DNA from: a virus
Taxonomy: Duplodnaviria; Heunggongvirae; Uroviricota; Caudoviricetes
Direction: 5' to 3' (one strand)
Virus record (IMG/VR): IMGVR_UViG_2563366874_000012
Length of the DNA: 50,800 nt
Shown: positions 29,076 through 39,831 of the stretch, one piece after another
How the letters are laid out: each line of letters starts with the position of its first letter
How positions within the stretch are numbered: the first letter of the stretch is position 1
Notes under the pieces: model-generated
The model's database searches: none
Told to the model about the DNA's origin: nothing
The model's input: only the letters and a program-made list of their open reading frames with translations
Translations under genes and position numbers: made by a program

Positions 29076-29840
29076 ATGAAACTGAAAACGGTCGAGATTA
29101 ACGGAAAACAATACGCAGAAATTGATACTGCTGGCCTGCCAGTTTATGTGCACGACGATGGTAAAGAAATTGGCTTCGATGCACCGCTGGCGACAAAAAA
29201 AATTACAGAGCTTAATGGCGAGGCAAAAAATCATCGCCTGGCTAAAGAAGCTGCAGAGGAAAAACTGGCTAAGTTTGCCGCTATCGAAGACCCGAAGAAG
29301 GCGATCGAGGCACTGGAAATGCTGTCAAAAATCGACCAGAAAAAGCTGCTCGATGCGGGACAGGTTGACCAGGTTAAGGCAGAAATTACGAAAAATTTTC
29401 AGCAGCAATTAGATGAAGAAAAGCAACGCTCTCAGATGCTGGAGAAGCAGCTTTACGATTCTATGATTGGCGGTAGTTTTGCGGGTTCAAAATATATTGC
29501 CGATAAAATTGCGATCCCGGCAGATTTATTACAAGCCCGCTTCGGGCAGGCATTCAAAGTGGAAGAAGGGAGGATCGTTGCTTATGACGCTTCCGGCAAC
29601 AAAATTTATTCCCGCGCGAAGCCTGGCGAACTGGCGCAGTTTGATGAGGCGCTGGAGTTCCTTGTCGAAAATTACCCTCAGAAAGACTACATCCTGAAAG
29701 CCAGTGGCAACAATGGCGGCGGCTCCCGTCCGACACAGCATGATATTGGTCAGAAAACGATGAAACGCTCTGCTTTTGATGCACTGGATGTTGCAGGTAA
29801 GCAAAACGCATTGAAAGACGGTATCACAATCGTTGATTAA
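29076..29840 (+). CDS. Scaffolding protein (putative)
   Basis: 254-aa hydrophilic, charged ORF MKLKTVEINGKQYAEIDTAGLPVYVHDDGKEIGF... directly upstream of the major capsid gene; the frame opens further upstream, so the start is uncertain. Confidence 0.55.
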   Translation: MKLKTVEINGKQYAEIDTAGLPVYVHDDGKEIGFDAPLATKKITELNGEAKNHRLAKEAAEEKLAKFAAIEDPKKAIEALEMLSKIDQKKLLDAGQVDQVKAEITKNFQQQLDEEKQRSQMLEKQLYDSMIGGSFAGSKYIADKIAIPADLLQARFGQAFKVEEGRIVAYDASGNKIYSRAKPGELAQFDEALEFLVENYPQKDYILKASGNNGGGSRPTQHDIGQKTMKRSAFDALDVAGKQNALKDGITIVD

Positions 29841-29938
29841 CACATTTGTCAGCTTCCGGATGGGAGCTGGTGTCAGGGCTGGATAGCTCATTACTCCATC
29901 TATTCACAATTACGCAAATTTTTAAGGAATATTTAATT

Positions 29939-31078
29939 ATGGCTGGAAATACCCTGACCGGGTTGATCCCGACTATTTATACCGCCCTGGATGTTGTATC
30001 CCGTGAGCAGGTAGGTTTTATCCCTGCGGTAGCAAAAAACGCAAAAGCTGACGCCGCAGCAAAAGATCAGACGGTAACCGCGCCAGTTGCGCCTGAGGCG
30101 AAAACCGAAGATATCGTACCGGGGCCGTCAGCTCCGAATACCGGTGATCAAAATATTGGCACTGTTGATGTAAAAATTACTAAATCCAAAATGGCACCGG
30201 TTAAATGGAATGGTGAAGAACAACTGGCTCTTGGCCCTTCAGGGACTTACAACACCATTCTGGCTGATCAGTTCAAGCAGGCTTTTCGCGCCCTTGCAAA
30301 CGAGGTTGAGGCTGATCTTGGTGCGTTGTATTTCGGTGCTTCCCGCGCCGTGGGAACCGCAGGGACAACGCCGTTTGGTGTTAAAGATGATCTTTCTGAT
30401 GCTGCTCTGGCTCGTCAGGTTCTGGAGGATAACGGCGCACCGACAACCGATCTGCAGATGGTGCTTGGCTCCACTGCCATTGCTAATTTGCGCGGAAAAC
30501 AGTCTGTATTGTTTAAAGTGAATGAATCCGGCACTGAACAGCTACTGCGTGAGGGCGTGTTGGGGCGTCTGGAGGGATTCAATATTCACAGTTCGGCAGG
30601 TGTGAAACGAGCGCCAAAGGTTGCTGCAACTGGTTATCTCGTGAATGGAGAGAAAAAAGAAGGCGATGTTCTTATTTCCATTGATACTGGTTCGGGGAGT
30701 ATTTCTGCAGGTCAGATTGTTACGTTCGCTGGTGATCCGAATCAGTATGTTGTGGCAGCAGCGACCAGCAATCTGATTACTCTTGCAGCGCCCGGACTGC
30801 GTCAGGATCTGGCCGATGATACTGCCATCACAGTTGTTGGGGCCTTTACTGCAAATATGGCGTTTGATCGCAACGCGTTTCTGCTGGCATCCCGTACTCC
30901 GGCAATGCCGGAAGGTGGCGATAATGCTGATGATGTAATGAATGTTACGGACCCGATTTCAGGGATTACGTTCCAGATTGCACTGTATCGTCAGTATCGC
31001 CAGGTGCGCTATGAAGTTGGACTGGCATGGGGTGTTTCATCAGTGAAGCCGGCACATGGTTGTCTGATTCTTGGTTAA
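29939..31078 (+). CDS. Major capsid protein
   Basis: 379-aa ORF MAGNTLTGLIPTIYTALDVVSREQVGFIPAVAKNAK...; AAGGAAT SD; followed by terminator hairpin. Confidence 0.8.
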   Translation: MAGNTLTGLIPTIYTALDVVSREQVGFIPAVAKNAKADAAAKDQTVTAPVAPEAKTEDIVPGPSAPNTGDQNIGTVDVKITKSKMAPVKWNGEEQLALGPSGTYNTILADQFKQAFRALANEVEADLGALYFGASRAVGTAGTTPFGVKDDLSDAALARQVLEDNGAPTTDLQMVLGSTAIANLRGKQSVLFKVNESGTEQLLREGVLGRLEGFNIHSSAGVKRAPKVAATGYLVNGEKKEGDVLISIDTGSGSISAGQIVTFAGDPNQYVVAAATSNLITLAAPGLRQDLADDTAITVVGAFTANMAFDRNAFLLASRTPAMPEGGDNADDVMNVTDPISGITFQIALYRQYRQVRYEVGLAWGVSSVKPAHGCLILG

Positions 31079-31088
31079 ACATTCAAAC

Positions 31089-31108
31089 GGGGCTTCGGCC
31101 CCATTTTT
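31089..31108 (+). terminator. Intrinsic terminator after capsid gene
   Basis: GGGGC-ttcg-GCCCC followed by ATTTTT. Confidence 0.55.
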
Positions 31109-31120
31109 AATGGGGGGCAT

Positions 31121-31297
31121 ATGGCCGGATTAACTAAAGAGCAAAGAGCACAGCGTGAAGCCGCACAAAAAACGCAAATTGAGTTAGTGGTTATGGTGAC
31201 CGATTATCAGATGTTTCCCGGCGCACCAACTATCGCTAATGTTCATCCTGATGAAGTTGACAACTGGAAGGCTATGGGCTGGAAAACTCAGGAGTAA
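31121..31297 (+). CDS. Possible 58-aa small protein between capsid and connector genes
   Basis: MAGLTKEQRAQREAAQKTQIELVVMVTDYQMFPGAPTIANVHPDEVDNWKAMGWKTQE; below ORF-track size cut-off. Confidence 0.3.
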   Translation: MAGLTKEQRAQREAAQKTQIELVVMVTDYQMFPGAPTIANVHPDEVDNWKAMGWKTQE

Positions 31298-31300
31298 CAC

Positions 31301-31696
31301 ATGATCACTTACGTGACCTGTGATGACGTTGATAATGCGTTTGGGAACGCCTGGACGAGTGAGAACGCTAAAAATAAAGCTGTTTTAATGGCTAATGCCT
31401 GGCTTAATGGCTTCAACCTGAAAATTAACCCATCCCGTATTCCGGAAGAGGTAAAACTTGCGGGAGCATATGCAGCCAGAATTGCCTCATTCGGTAAGTT
31501 GTTTCAGCAGAAAAATGATTCTGGCGTTGTTATCAGTAAAGCCGTGTCGGCTGACGGGGTCAGTGTATCGAAATCATTTTCTGAGTTGCCAGCAAACAGC
31601 ACTGCATTGCTTGAACCCGATTTACAGCTTGCGATAGCACTGCTGAAACAGTACGGACTTAGTCGCTCACAAGTCAGGGTTGTGAGGGGGGGATAA
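31301..31696 (+). CDS. Head-tail connector / head completion protein
   Basis: 131-aa ORF, first of four small co-directional, mostly overlapping-stop/start genes between capsid and major tail genes. Confidence 0.55.
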   Translation: MITYVTCDDVDNAFGNAWTSENAKNKAVLMANAWLNGFNLKINPSRIPEEVKLAGAYAARIASFGKLFQQKNDSGVVISKAVSADGVSVSKSFSELPANSTALLEPDLQLAIALLKQYGLSRSQVRVVRGG

Positions 31697-32079
31697 TGGG
31701 GCTTCGTGACGAGATTCAGTCAGAGGTTGCCGCTGCTTTTGATGAGGATTTAGCGGACGCCGTGAGTGATTTTTCTGGTTCTTACGTTACGCACCGGCAC
31801 TGGGATCCTGTGACGGAAACTGGCGGCGAATCCACCGCAATCTATACCGGGCGAGGCGTGTTGACACGTTATAAGCTGGGCAGAATTGATGGGATTAATA
31901 TTTTGCATGGTGACCTTAAATTAACCGCTCTGGTATGCGAGGTTACGGATAAACCAGCTGTCGACCATATTATTGAGATTTATGATCCTGTATCAAGGCA
32001 GTTACAACGATACGAGGTAATTACAGCAAGTGTAGATCCTTCCGCATCAGTTTACTCTATCCAGTTAAGGAGAGCGTAA
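31696..32079 (+). CDS. Head-tail joining protein
   Basis: 127-aa ORF, TAATG coupling to upstream gene. Confidence 0.5.
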   Translation: MGLRDEIQSEVAAAFDEDLADAVSDFSGSYVTHRHWDPVTETGGESTAIYTGRGVLTRYKLGRIDGINILHGDLKLTALVCEVTDKPAVDHIIEIYDPVSRQLQRYEVITASVDPSASVYSIQLRRA

Positions 32080-32460
32080 ATGGCAAAGGCATGGGATATA
32101 GAACCGTCAATATTTGCCGGGATGATTGAGGAAGATGTAGGGCTGAAGATTCGCTACATCGCTATTCAGATTCTTACTGCTATTGATATTGCTGCTCCGG
32201 TTGATACCGGACGTTTCAGAAATAACAACCTGGTGTCGTTACAGCATCCCGATTTTGGTATATCTGATAACGTGGATCCGAACGGTACGATTGCTGTTCA
32301 GCGTGGGATCGGGGTTATTTCGAAAGCTGCAAATTACGGGGTTATTTATATCCAGAATAACCTTCCTTATGCAGAGGCTCTTGAAAACGGTCATTCACAA
32401 CAAGCGCCAACTGGCGTGTATGCCAACGCTTTTCATGGTGTTTTACAGGCTTACAAATGA
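32080..32460 (+). CDS. Tail completion / head-tail adaptor protein
   Basis: 126-aa ORF in the head-tail joining cluster. Confidence 0.5.
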   Translation: MAKAWDIEPSIFAGMIEEDVGLKIRYIAIQILTAIDIAAPVDTGRFRNNNLVSLQHPDFGISDNVDPNGTIAVQRGIGVISKAANYGVIYIQNNLPYAEALENGHSQQAPTGVYANAFHGVLQAYK

Positions 32461-32849
32461 AGTTTACTGAAATCAGAAATACGGTTATTTCCAGAATGAC
32501 GGCACAGACGATTATTGATGGAAAAGACGTATTGTATCCGAACGGGCCAACGTTCGATCCTTCCGGTAAGTTAATCTGGGCGCGGTTAAGTAATATTCCC
32601 GGGCAAGCTGGAGTTAATGAAATTGGCGCGGGGCCGGTTGTTTATCGCACGGGGATAATCATTATTCAGTTATTTGTCCCCGCAGGTTCTGGTTCAAAAC
32701 TCATTACTGAGACAGCCGATAAATTGCGGGAACTGTTTGAGTTTCAGGATGACGATCGTCTCAGTTACCAGGCTGTTTCCTCAATAGCCGTCGGCGAAAA
32801 GAATGGCTGGTTCCAGCTTAATCTTCAAATTCCATATCGCGCGCTCTAG
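32457..32849 (+). CDS. Tail terminator-type protein
   Basis: 130-aa ORF, ATGA overlap with upstream gene, immediately before the major tail gene. Confidence 0.5.
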   Translation: MKFTEIRNTVISRMTAQTIIDGKDVLYPNGPTFDPSGKLIWARLSNIPGQAGVNEIGAGPVVYRTGIIIIQLFVPAGSGSKLITETADKLRELFEFQDDDRLSYQAVSSIAVGEKNGWFQLNLQIPYRAL

Positions 32850-32875
32850 CGCAATTAATGACATAGGAGGCTCCT

Positions 32876-33838
32876 GTGAGTTCAGGTGCAAAGGTTATCT
32901 CGGCATTTATCCGGGAGACAGTTGCAGGCACTACGCCAGCAAGTGGTGACTGGAGTTTATTAAAACGCACAAGCTGGGGAGTAAAACCCACCCAGAATAA
33001 AGGCGAAAATAATGAGATTGGTGGCTCCCGGATGGCTCAGGGGGCGACGCCTGGCACTGTGGATGTCGGCGGTGATGTTGGTACCAAATTTCGCTGGGGT
33101 CAACATGATGATTTTCTTGCATCCTGTTTCGGCGCGGAATGGTCAGGCGATTCTCTGACAATGGGGAATGAGCGAATAACATTTTCTCTGGCGACCTATG
33201 CGTCCGATGTCGGAATTGCCTCTGTCGTCAGAGGAGCGCAGGTTGGCTCATGGAAAATGCAGATCCCTAACGACGGCGATATTACAGCGACCGTAACCTT
33301 TGCCGGGCTGGGCTGGGAATCAAAGGCCGATGATACGAATTTTATCAAAGGCGAACCTGTGGATAGTGCAGGAAAGTTACGCTATTCGTTTAAGGCGGTT
33401 TCAGCAGTAAGCCTGAATGGTGTTGCCGGAGGTAACGGTTTTTGTATCGACAGTTTTGATATTCAGTTCGATAACAAACTCCAGACACAGCGTTGTATCG
33501 GGACTGGCTCGCCTTATGCAGGAGCAAATATTCCGACTACTTTTACACCGTCCGGTACGGTGACGCTTTCATGGTCTAAAGCCGCGTGGGAAATCTGGAG
33601 TAAAACACTGACTGGAGAAACAGTTCCGTTCAGCTTCACGCTTTCGAATGGAGAGGGGGCATACACTTTCAGTTTCCCGAAGGTTCAGGTGTCAGGTGAA
33701 TGGCCTGATGGGGGTAATACTGACATTATCCAGGTTCAATTGAGCATTACCGCAGCAGATGAAGCACCTACGATAACCAGAAAAAAATGCTCCCCGACTG
33801 CCGTGATCGCAAAAGCCAGTGCTGATGCGATTAGTTGA
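32876..33838 (+). CDS. Major tail (tube) protein
   Basis: 320-aa Gly/Thr/Ser-rich ORF MSSGAKVISAFIRETVAGTTPASGDWSLLKRTSWG... upstream of the tail chaperone G/GT pair. Confidence 0.65.
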   Translation: MSSGAKVISAFIRETVAGTTPASGDWSLLKRTSWGVKPTQNKGENNEIGGSRMAQGATPGTVDVGGDVGTKFRWGQHDDFLASCFGAEWSGDSLTMGNERITFSLATYASDVGIASVVRGAQVGSWKMQIPNDGDITATVTFAGLGWESKADDTNFIKGEPVDSAGKLRYSFKAVSAVSLNGVAGGNGFCIDSFDIQFDNKLQTQRCIGTGSPYAGANIPTTFTPSGTVTLSWSKAAWEIWSKTLTGETVPFSFTLSNGEGAYTFSFPKVQVSGEWPDGGNTDIIQVQLSITAADEAPTITRKKCSPTAVIAKASADAIS

Positions 33839-33850
33839 TTTTCCGTTATT

Positions 33851-33877
33851 CCCCCTGTGGTACTGCACTACAGGGGG
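33851..33877 (+). repeat. Hairpin-forming inverted repeat after major tail gene
   Basis: CCCCCTGT-ggtactgcact-ACAGGGGG; no U-run, possibly an RNA stability element. Confidence 0.4.
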
Positions 33878-33898
33878 ACGCATTGAATGAGGTTATGG

Positions 33899-34348
33899 AT
33901 GTTTATTCTTAATCAGAAAATTATCATCGGTGGAGAACGCTGGTTTACGCCAATGAAGGACTTAAAACCTATAGACGGGTTAAAACTGTTGGTGGCAAGC
34001 AGCGATAACGATCAGTATCGCTCCCGTAATGCATTAATCCGTCGTCACATTGAGAAAATGGATGCCAGTTTGCACGTCGGAACGAAGGAGTTTGATATTT
34101 CAAAGGTTTCCGAGGTAGATTCTGTTGATGATTTACTCATTGATAATGCTGCTCGTTATCTGCTGAAAGACTGGAAAGGGGTTGGTGAACTGGTTAATGG
34201 TGCTGAGGTTGCACTGGAATATACGCCAGAACGAGGGATCGCGCTGCTTAAGCAGAATCCAGAGTTGTACTGGCAGATCCTTGCAGAAGCAGCCAGCATC
34301 GCCCAGGGTAAAGAGCAGCAGAAGCAGGATACGATAAAAAAGCCATAG
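33899..34348 (+). CDS. Tail assembly chaperone G
   Basis: About 150-aa ORF ending ...QQKQDTIKKP*; GAGG upstream of ATG 33899 (frame opens at 33887); slippery heptamer near its 3' end. Confidence 0.6.
   Translation: MFILNQKIIIGGERWFTPMKDLKPIDGLKLLVASSDNDQYRSRNALIRRHIEKMDASLHVGTKEFDISKVSEVDSVDDLLIDNAARYLLKDWKGVGELVNGAEVALEYTPERGIALLKQNPELYWQILAEAASIAQGKEQQKQDTIKKP
34336..34342 (+). other. Programmed -1 ribosomal frameshift slippery site A_AAA_AAG (G to GT)
   Basis: In the G frame the codons are AAA (34337-34339) and AAG (34340-34342), preceded by A34336; the -1 frame is open from 34312 through 34656. Confidence 0.6.
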
Positions 34349-34656
34349 CCGCCCAGCGGTGGTTATCGGAGTTCGGGGGAGAAAGGGGGGAAAAGGCAAG
34401 ATGGAAGCGAGAAAAACTCAGGTTGCCACCGATACCGGAACCAGAAATAGACCCGGTGCTTAAGGAATTGTTGTACGCCTATTCGGTAATATCCCGTGCC
34501 CGACGTTATGCTGGAATGACCGGGGTGCCTTTGCCTTTATCTCTGACAGAGATAAATGAATATTTAGCCACTCATCCGGTATTGATTGAGCGCGATGAGT
34601 TTGAAGCAGTGATCTTTGCACTGGATGACCAGTATTTTCAGGAGCAGTGTGTGTAG
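34342..34656 (+). CDS. T-extension of tail assembly chaperone (expressed as G-T fusion by -1 frameshift)
   Basis: -1 frame ORF ...PPIPEPEIDPVLKELLYAYSVISRARRYAGMTGVPLPLSLTEINEYLATHPVLIERDEF... lacking an independent ATG and SD. Confidence 0.55.
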   Translation, partial: AIAAQRWLSEFGGERGEKARWKREKLRLPPIPEPEIDPVLKELLYAYSVISRARRYAGMTGVPLPLSLTEINEYLATHPVLIERDEFEAVIFALDDQYFQEQCV

Positions 34657-34779
34657 TTGTTAATTACGTACACTCTGTTACAGAGATGTGATGGTGTCTT
34701 TAATTAAATCGATGATGCTCCTGGAGAAAAGCATTGCGTGGCCTCGTAATCGCTATATCTACTATTATGTCGCCTGAAA

Positions 34780-34799
34780 CCCACTTCGGTGGGCTTTTT
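34780..34799 (+). terminator. Terminator-like hairpin upstream of tape measure gene
   Basis: CCCAC-ttcg-GTGGG followed by CTTTTTGTTGT. Confidence 0.45.
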
Positions 34800-34819
34800 G
34801 TTGTCTGGAGTTTTAATAA

Positions 34820-37800
34820 ATGGCAGAGCAAACCTCGCGTCTCGCAATAATTATTGATAGCACTGGAGCAAAAAATAATGCTGACAATCTGACCTCCTCA
34901 TTAGTCAAAATGACGCAGGCCGGGGAAACTGCTGCAAATAGCGCAGGGAAAGTGACTAAGGCAACAGAAGATGAGAAGAACGCGCTCGCAAAATTAAAAG
35001 CAGCTATTGATCCAGTTGGTGCCGCAATTGATACTGTCGGTCGACGCTATTCTGAATTAAAGAAATTTTTCGATAAAGGGCTTATTGATAAAGAAGAATA
35101 TGAATTTCTTGTCCGTAAACTTAATGAAACCACAGAGGAATTGAGCGGGGTTGCGCAAGCGCAGAGAGAAGCCGAGAAGGCCGGAAAACTTGCTGCCGCC
35201 CAGCAGGAAGCGCAGACTCAGGCCTTTCAAAGAATGCTGGACAAGATCGACCCTCTGGCTGCGGCGCTAAGAAATCTTGAACAACAGCAGGATGAACTTA
35301 ATGCTGCGTTTGCATCCGGGAAAATAAATGGTTCTCAGTTTGAGAATTATAGCCGAAAAATACAGGAAACACGGCGAGAGCTTACCGGAGAGGCTCAGGC
35401 AGAGCGAGAAGCAGCAAAAGCGCATGATGAACAGGTTGCTGCTTTGCAACGTCTGATTGCTCAACTTGACCCTGTCGGAACTGCTTTTAATCGTCTGGTA
35501 GAACAACAGAAACAGCTCAATGAAGCAAAAGCTAAGGGGATGCTCTCTCCTGAAATGTATGAGGAACTTTCTGGAAAACTTCGTGCTATGCGGAGTGAGC
35601 TTGAGGTTACTCAATCTCAATTAAGCAAAACCGGAATGTCGGCAAAACAAACGGCTTTTGCTATGCGCATGTTGCCTGCACAAATGACGGATATTGTTGT
35701 TGGGTTGTCCACTGGTCAGTCGCCTTTTATGGTGTTAATGCAGCAGGGCGGCCAGCTAAAAGATATGTTCGGTGGGATTGGCCCGGCGATCAAAGGTGTT
35801 GGTTCTTATGTGCTGGGATTAATTAATCCTTTTACCCTGGCCGCAGCAGCCGTTGGCGTCTTAGGGCTGGCTTACTATAAAGGCTCTCAGGAGCAGGACG
35901 AATTTAATAAGTCTCTTATTCTTACCGGAAATCAGTTGGGGACAACCAGCGGGCAATTGGCCGATATAGTTCAACGTGCCGGGAATGCGGCTGATTCGAC
36001 AACTGGCGCTGCGGCGGCAGTATTAAACCAGCTTGTGCGTTCGGGAAAGGTAGCGAGCAGTTCGCTGGAGCAAGTGACGACAGCGATAGTAAAAACGAGC
36101 GAAGTAACAGGAATATCAACCGAACAACTGGTTAATGACTTCAATGAAATTGCAAAGGATCCTGTCAGTGCCATATCAAAACTTAATGATCAGTACCATT
36201 TTCTGACAATTGCGACTTATAACCAGATTAAGGCGCTACAGGATGAAGGGAACCAGCAGGAGGCCGCCCGCATTGCGACAGAAGCATACTCATCCTCAAT
36301 GATCCAGCGCACCAACCAGATTAAAGAAAATCTTGGTTATCTTGAGACTGCATGGAAAGCTGTCGCAGACTCCGCAAAATGGGCATGGGATTCCATGCTG
36401 GATATTGGCCGTGAGGCCTCCCTTGATCAAAAAATCTCAGATGTTCTCCGTCAAATTGATGAAATAGAAAAAAATACCCGACCCGGAGTTTTCGGGTTAG
36501 GTGGCATTGGAGATGGCGGAGCTCAAAATAAAAGGCTGGCACGATTAAAGCAGCAATTGGGCGTACTTCAAGCAGAAAAAATTGCTCAGGACGTACTAAA
36601 TTCATCAATAAACGATTACAACAAGCGACAACAGGAAGGAATTGAACTCAGACAGAGAGCAGATGCCTTTTCAAAACAATATCAGACCCGGGAGCAGCAG
36701 AGAGCTAGTGAACTTGCAAAACTGGAAAAACTAAAGAGTCAGTATTCAAAGGAAGAATATAATAATCTTATCGCTCAAATAAATGAGCGTTATAAAGATC
36801 CAAAGCAACCAAAGGCGAAAGGTTATTCGGATGATGCTGCCCAACGAATGATTGATCATCTGAATCAACAGAATGCGTTACTAAGTTCACAAACTGAATT
36901 AACCGTTAAATTAAGTTCCTCTGAACAGGAACTGGTTAAGTGGCGTCAGCAGATTGCCGACCTGGAGTCACGACCGTCATCGAAATTAACCAAGGATCAG
37001 AAATCGCTTCTCTTACACCGGGAAGAAATAACCGCGTTGATGGAGAAAAATGTTGCGATTGAAAAAAATAACAGGCTAATCAAGGAATCCGCCGAAATAG
37101 CTGCATGGCGTGATTCATTGCAGGCTTCGATTGATAATCGTCAACAGGGGTATGATATTCAGATTGCTGGTTATGGGGTTGGCGATAAAAATCAGCAACG
37201 CCAGCAGGAATTACTGCGGATTGAACGTGAATATAACAATCAGCGTCTGCAACTTGAACGTGACTATGCAGATAAATCCCGTGGGATGTCAAATCATGTT
37301 TTTCAGGAGAAAATGCAGGCTCTGAATGATGCTCTGGAACGAGAAAAAGAAATTGTCAGACAGAAAAACGAGCAGCTCGATATTCAGGCAGGAGACTGGG
37401 TTAGTGGTGCCTCCCAGGGATTCAATAACTGGCTGGATGACACTAAGGATATCAGTGAGCAGATAAAATCAACCACGACTCAGATGTTTGATGGAATGAC
37501 CGATGCGCTGGGTGATTTTGTCACGACAGGCAAAGCAAATTTTCGTTCTTTCGCTACTTCCGTGATTTCGGATCTTAGTCGAATAGCATTAAAGGCTTCA
37601 ATTACTGGGATTTTCGACAGCATTAGTAACAGTTCTTCTGGGGGGATTTTAGGAACTATCGGGAGTGCTATTAGTAAATTTATTCCGAATGCAAAGGGCG
37701 GTGTTTATGAGTCTCCGTCATTGAACACGTATTCGAACGGTATTTATGATTCCCCGCAATTTTTTGCTTTTGCAAGAGGGGCTGGTGTTTTTGGTGAGGC

Positions 37801-38053
37801 TGGTCCGGAAGCCATTATGCCATTAACACGAACTTCCGATGGTTCTCTTGGTGTCAGAGCTGTTAATAGTAAAAGTGGTAATGGAGGCGGAGATATTACC
37901 TATGCCCCTGTATACCAAATCACTATTCAAAATGACGGCCAGAATGGAGAGATTGGCCCTCAGGCAATAAAAGCACTTATGGGGATGGTTGATCAGCGGG
38001 TGCAGGGCAATCTGTTAAATATGCGACGTGATGGGGGAATGTTAAGTGGCTAA
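34820..38053 (+). CDS. Tail tape measure protein
   Basis: 1077-aa ORF, N-terminal coiled-coil-rich region, following G/GT; corresponds to Rac tmpR position. Confidence 0.85.
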   Translation: MAEQTSRLAIIIDSTGAKNNADNLTSSLVKMTQAGETAANSAGKVTKATEDEKNALAKLKAAIDPVGAAIDTVGRRYSELKKFFDKGLIDKEEYEFLVRKLNETTEELSGVAQAQREAEKAGKLAAAQQEAQTQAFQRMLDKIDPLAAALRNLEQQQDELNAAFASGKINGSQFENYSRKIQETRRELTGEAQAEREAAKAHDEQVAALQRLIAQLDPVGTAFNRLVEQQKQLNEAKAKGMLSPEMYEELSGKLRAMRSELEVTQSQLSKTGMSAKQTAFAMRMLPAQMTDIVVGLSTGQSPFMVLMQQGGQLKDMFGGIGPAIKGVGSYVLGLINPFTLAAAAVGVLGLAYYKGSQEQDEFNKSLILTGNQLGTTSGQLADIVQRAGNAADSTTGAAAAVLNQLVRSGKVASSSLEQVTTAIVKTSEVTGISTEQLVNDFNEIAKDPVSAISKLNDQYHFLTIATYNQIKALQDEGNQQEAARIATEAYSSSMIQRTNQIKENLGYLETAWKAVADSAKWAWDSMLDIGREASLDQKISDVLRQIDEIEKNTRPGVFGLGGIGDGGAQNKRLARLKQQLGVLQAEKIAQDVLNSSINDYNKRQQEGIELRQRADAFSKQYQTREQQRASELAKLEKLKSQYSKEEYNNLIAQINERYKDPKQPKAKGYSDDAAQRMIDHLNQQNALLSSQTELTVKLSSSEQELVKWRQQIADLESRPSSKLTKDQKSLLLHREEITALMEKNVAIEKNNRLIKESAEIAAWRDSLQASIDNRQQGYDIQIAGYGVGDKNQQRQQELLRIEREYNNQRLQLERDYADKSRGMSNHVFQEKMQALNDALEREKEIVRQKNEQLDIQAGDWVSGASQGFNNWLDDTKDISEQIKSTTTQMFDGMTDALGDFVTTGKANFRSFATSVISDLSRIALKASITGIFDSISNSSSGGILGTIGSAISKFIPNAKGGVYESPSLNTYSNGIYDSPQFFAFARGAGVFGEAGPEAIMPLTRTSDGSLGVRAVNSKSGNGGGDITYAPVYQITIQNDGQNGEIGPQAIKALMGMVDQRVQGNLLNMRRDGGMLSG

Positions 38054-38384
38054 TACGGAAGAATTTCACTGGTTACCAGAGGATGGAATGAAAACAGAAA
38101 ATAAACCATCGATAAAAACTGTAAGATTTGGCGATGGTTATGAGCAACGAAGTCCAAATGGACTTAATCATTCTCTGCGCGTTTTCACCTGTGATTTCAA
38201 AGTTGAGGCGAATGAACGTGATTCATTTGAAAAATTTTTAGCCCGGCATGAAGGCTATAAATCTTTTTTTTGGCGCCCGCCGGGTATTAACAGAAAAATC
38301 AGAGTGGTGTGTCGAACGTGGTCAGCGACAGAACATATCACCTATACCGATTTTTCGTGTCAGTTTGACGAAGTGGTGATCTGA
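38046..38384 (+). CDS. Minor tail protein M
   Basis: 112-aa ORF (GTG start) ...[35 protein letters not shown]... aligning by eye with lambda gpM. Confidence 0.75.
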   Translation: MANTEEFHWLPEDGMKTENKPSIKTVRFGDGYEQRSPNGLNHSLRVFTCDFKVEANERDSFEKFLARHEGYKSFFWRPPGINRKIRVVCRTWSATEHITYTDFSCQFDEVVI

Positions 38385-39082
38385 TGCAGGACATACAACA
38401 GGAAACGCTGAATGAATGCATTCGTGCGGAGCAGTCGGCCAGCGTGGTGCTCTGGGAAATCGACCTGACCGAGGTAGGCGGGGATCGCTACTTTTTCTGT
38501 AATGAGCAGAACGAAAAAGGTGAGTCTGTCACCTGGCAGAGTCGGCAGTATCAGGCCTATCCCATTCAGGGGAGTGGATTTGAGATGAACGGCAAGGGCA
38601 GTGCTGCCCGTCCGACACTGGCGGTCTCTAACCTGCACGGCATGATCACCGGGATGGCGGAAGATCTGCAGAGTCTGGTCGGCGGAACGGTGGTCCGGCG
38701 TAAGGTTTACGCCCGCTTTCTGGATGCGGTGAACTTCGTCAACGGAAACAGCGAAGCCGATCCGGAGCAGGAGGTGATCAGCCGCTGGCGCATCGAGCAG
38801 TGCAGCGAACTGAGCGCGGTCAGTGCCTCTTTTGTACTGTCCACGCCGACTGAAACGGATGGCGCTGTTTTTCCGGGACGTATCATGCTGGCCAACACCT
38901 GCACCTGGACCTATCGCGGCGATGAGTGCGGTTATAGCGGTCCGGCGGTCGCGGATGAATATGACCAGCCGACGTCCGATATCACGAAGGATAAATGCAG
39001 CAAATGCCTGAGTGGCTGTAAGTTTCGCAATAATGTCGGCAACTTTGGCAGCTTCCTTTCCATTAACAAACTTTCGCAGTAA
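38384..39082 (+). CDS. Minor tail protein L
   Basis: 232-aa ORF with C-terminal Cys cluster (CTWTYRGDECGYSG...CSKCLSGCKF) as in lambda gpL. Confidence 0.8.
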   Translation: MQDIQQETLNECIRAEQSASVVLWEIDLTEVGGDRYFFCNEQNEKGESVTWQSRQYQAYPIQGSGFEMNGKGSAARPTLAVSNLHGMITGMAEDLQSLVGGTVVRRKVYARFLDAVNFVNGNSEADPEQEVISRWRIEQCSELSAVSASFVLSTPTETDGAVFPGRIMLANTCTWTYRGDECGYSGPAVADEYDQPTSDITKDKCSKCLSGCKFRNNVGNFGSFLSINKLSQ

Positions 39083-39087
39083 ATCCC

Positions 39088-39831
39088 ATGACAGAGACAG
39101 AATCAGCGATTCTGGCGCACGCCCGGCGATGTGCGCCAGCGGAGTCGTGCGGCTTCGTGGTGAGAACGCCGGAGGAGGAAAGATATTTTCCCTGCGTGAA
39201 TATCTCCGGTGAGCCGGAGGAGTATTTCCGGATGTCGCCGGAGGACTGGCTGAGTGCAGAAATGCAGGGAGAGATTGTGGCGCTGGTCCACAGCCACCCC
39301 GGTGGTCTGCCCTGGCTGAGTGAGGCCGACCGGCGGCTGCAGGTACAGAGTGATTTGCCGTGGTGGCTGGTCTGCCGGGGGGCGATTCATAAATTCCGCT
39401 GTGTGCCGCATCTCACCGGGCGGCGCTTTGAGCACGGGGTAACGGACTGTTACACGCTGTTCCGGGACGCTTACCATCTGGCGGGAATTGAGATGCCGGA
39501 TTTTCATCGCGGGGATGACTGGTGGCGTAACGGTCAGAATCTCTATCTGGATAATCTGGAGGCCACAGGGCTGTATCAGGTGCCGTTGTCAGCGGCGCAG
39601 CCGGGCGATGTGCTGCTGTGCTGTTTTGGTTCATCGGTGCCGAATCATGCCGCCATTTACTGTGGTGACAGCGAGCTGCTGCACCATATTCCTGAACAAC
39701 TGAGCAAACGAGAGAGGTACACCGACAAATGGCAGCGACGCACACACTCCCTCTGGCGTCACCGGGCATGGCACGCATCTGCCTTTACGGGGATTTACAA
39801 CGATTTGGCCGCCGCATCGACCTTCGAGTGA
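39088..39831 (+). CDS. Tail assembly protein K (MPN/JAB plus NlpC/P60-type)
   Basis: 247-aa ORF with HSHPGG motif; lambda gpK-like; 3' end overlaps I by about 100 nt. Confidence 0.8.
   Translation: MTETESAILAHARRCAPAESCGFVVRTPEEERYFPCVNISGEPEEYFRMSPEDWLSAEMQGEIVALVHSHPGGLPWLSEADRRLQVQSDLPWWLVCRGAIHKFRCVPHLTGRRFEHGVTDCYTLFRDAYHLAGIEMPDFHRGDDWWRNGQNLYLDNLEATGLYQVPLSAAQPGDVLLCCFGSSVPNHAAIYCGDSELLHHIPEQLSKRERYTDKWQRRTHSLWRHRAWHASAFTGIYNDLAAASTFE

Noticed and set aside
34657-34819. Possible 29-codon ORF (MVSLIKSMMLLEKSIAWPRNRYIYYYVA) in the spacer before the tape measure gene
   Set aside because: No convincing ribosome-binding site was found. The spacer is more simply explained as the untranslated region carrying the UUCG-loop terminator-like hairpin.
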